From a virus, in the IMG/VR virus record IMGVR_UViG_3300022902_000008: a stretch of DNA of 64,000 bases; one strand, written 5' to 3'. Position 1 is the stretch's first letter. Every line of letters starts with the position of its first letter. A program made the translations under genes and the position numbers. This document shows, in pieces, positions 63,777 to 64,000 of this stretch. The notes beneath the pieces are model-generated. The model was given only the letters and a program-made list of their open reading frames with translations, was not told the origin of the DNA and searched no databases.

Positions 63777-64000
63777 ATGAATAAGGTTCTTGAAGATAAG
63801 TTGTTGTTGGGCTTTAAGAAAAAGTTTGGTGAATGTTATAGCTTATGTAATAGTTGTGATGTTGAGTGTCCTAATAATGATTGTAGATACTGGGTTGATT
63901 GTGATAAATATAAAAATTGTTCTATCATTGTAGCTAATGATGGACCTAAAACACAGGCTGAGGTTGGTGATATAATAGGGTGTACTGGTATGAGGGTTTG
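63777..64000 (+). CDS. Cys-rich protein with sigma region 4-like HTH, truncated by window end
   Basis: MNKVLED...CRYW..C..GPKTQAEVGDIIGCTGMRV; GGGGAGG RBS. Confidence 0.7.
   Translation, partial: MNKVLEDKLLLGFKKKFGECYSLCNSCDVECPNNDCRYWVDCDKYKNCSIIVANDGPKTQAEVGDIIGCTGMRV

Overview
This window is a 64 kb segment of a very AT-rich, densely coded genome that looks like a jumbo bacteriophage using the standard code. It has no rRNA and no canonical tRNA, CRISPR array, integrase or reverse transcriptase. Recognisable genes include DnaE, ThyX, dUTPase, an MT-A70 methyltransferase, a cytidine/dCMP deaminase, a CCA-adding enzyme, a GMP reductase/IMPDH-family enzyme next to PurA, a MoxR-type AAA ATPase with a distant HExxH-VWA partner, ClpP, an SGNH hydrolase/lytic transglycosylase/DUF218 trio and an Hc1-like histone. 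The main hidden structure is: (1) about 40 highly diverged paralogues of one small SH3/KOW-like domain (GDxVW...YxGxAII); (2) 22 copies of one early promoter (GGTTAACA-17 bp-TGn-TATAAT-like) that appear to act as recombination joints for gene cassettes, four of them driving leaderless mRNAs; (3) an untranslated transcript at about 28.4-29.15 kb with boxA-like sites, an anti-Shine-Dalgarno loop and a terminator; (4) a DnaA-box oriC-like locus at about 24.6-24.9 kb where strand bias flips; (5) an enzyme set that would convert G and C nucleotides to A and T; (6) probable virion polyproteins with (I/L)xE cleavage motifs at domain borders. All family assignments come from motif recognition by eye; no searches were run.
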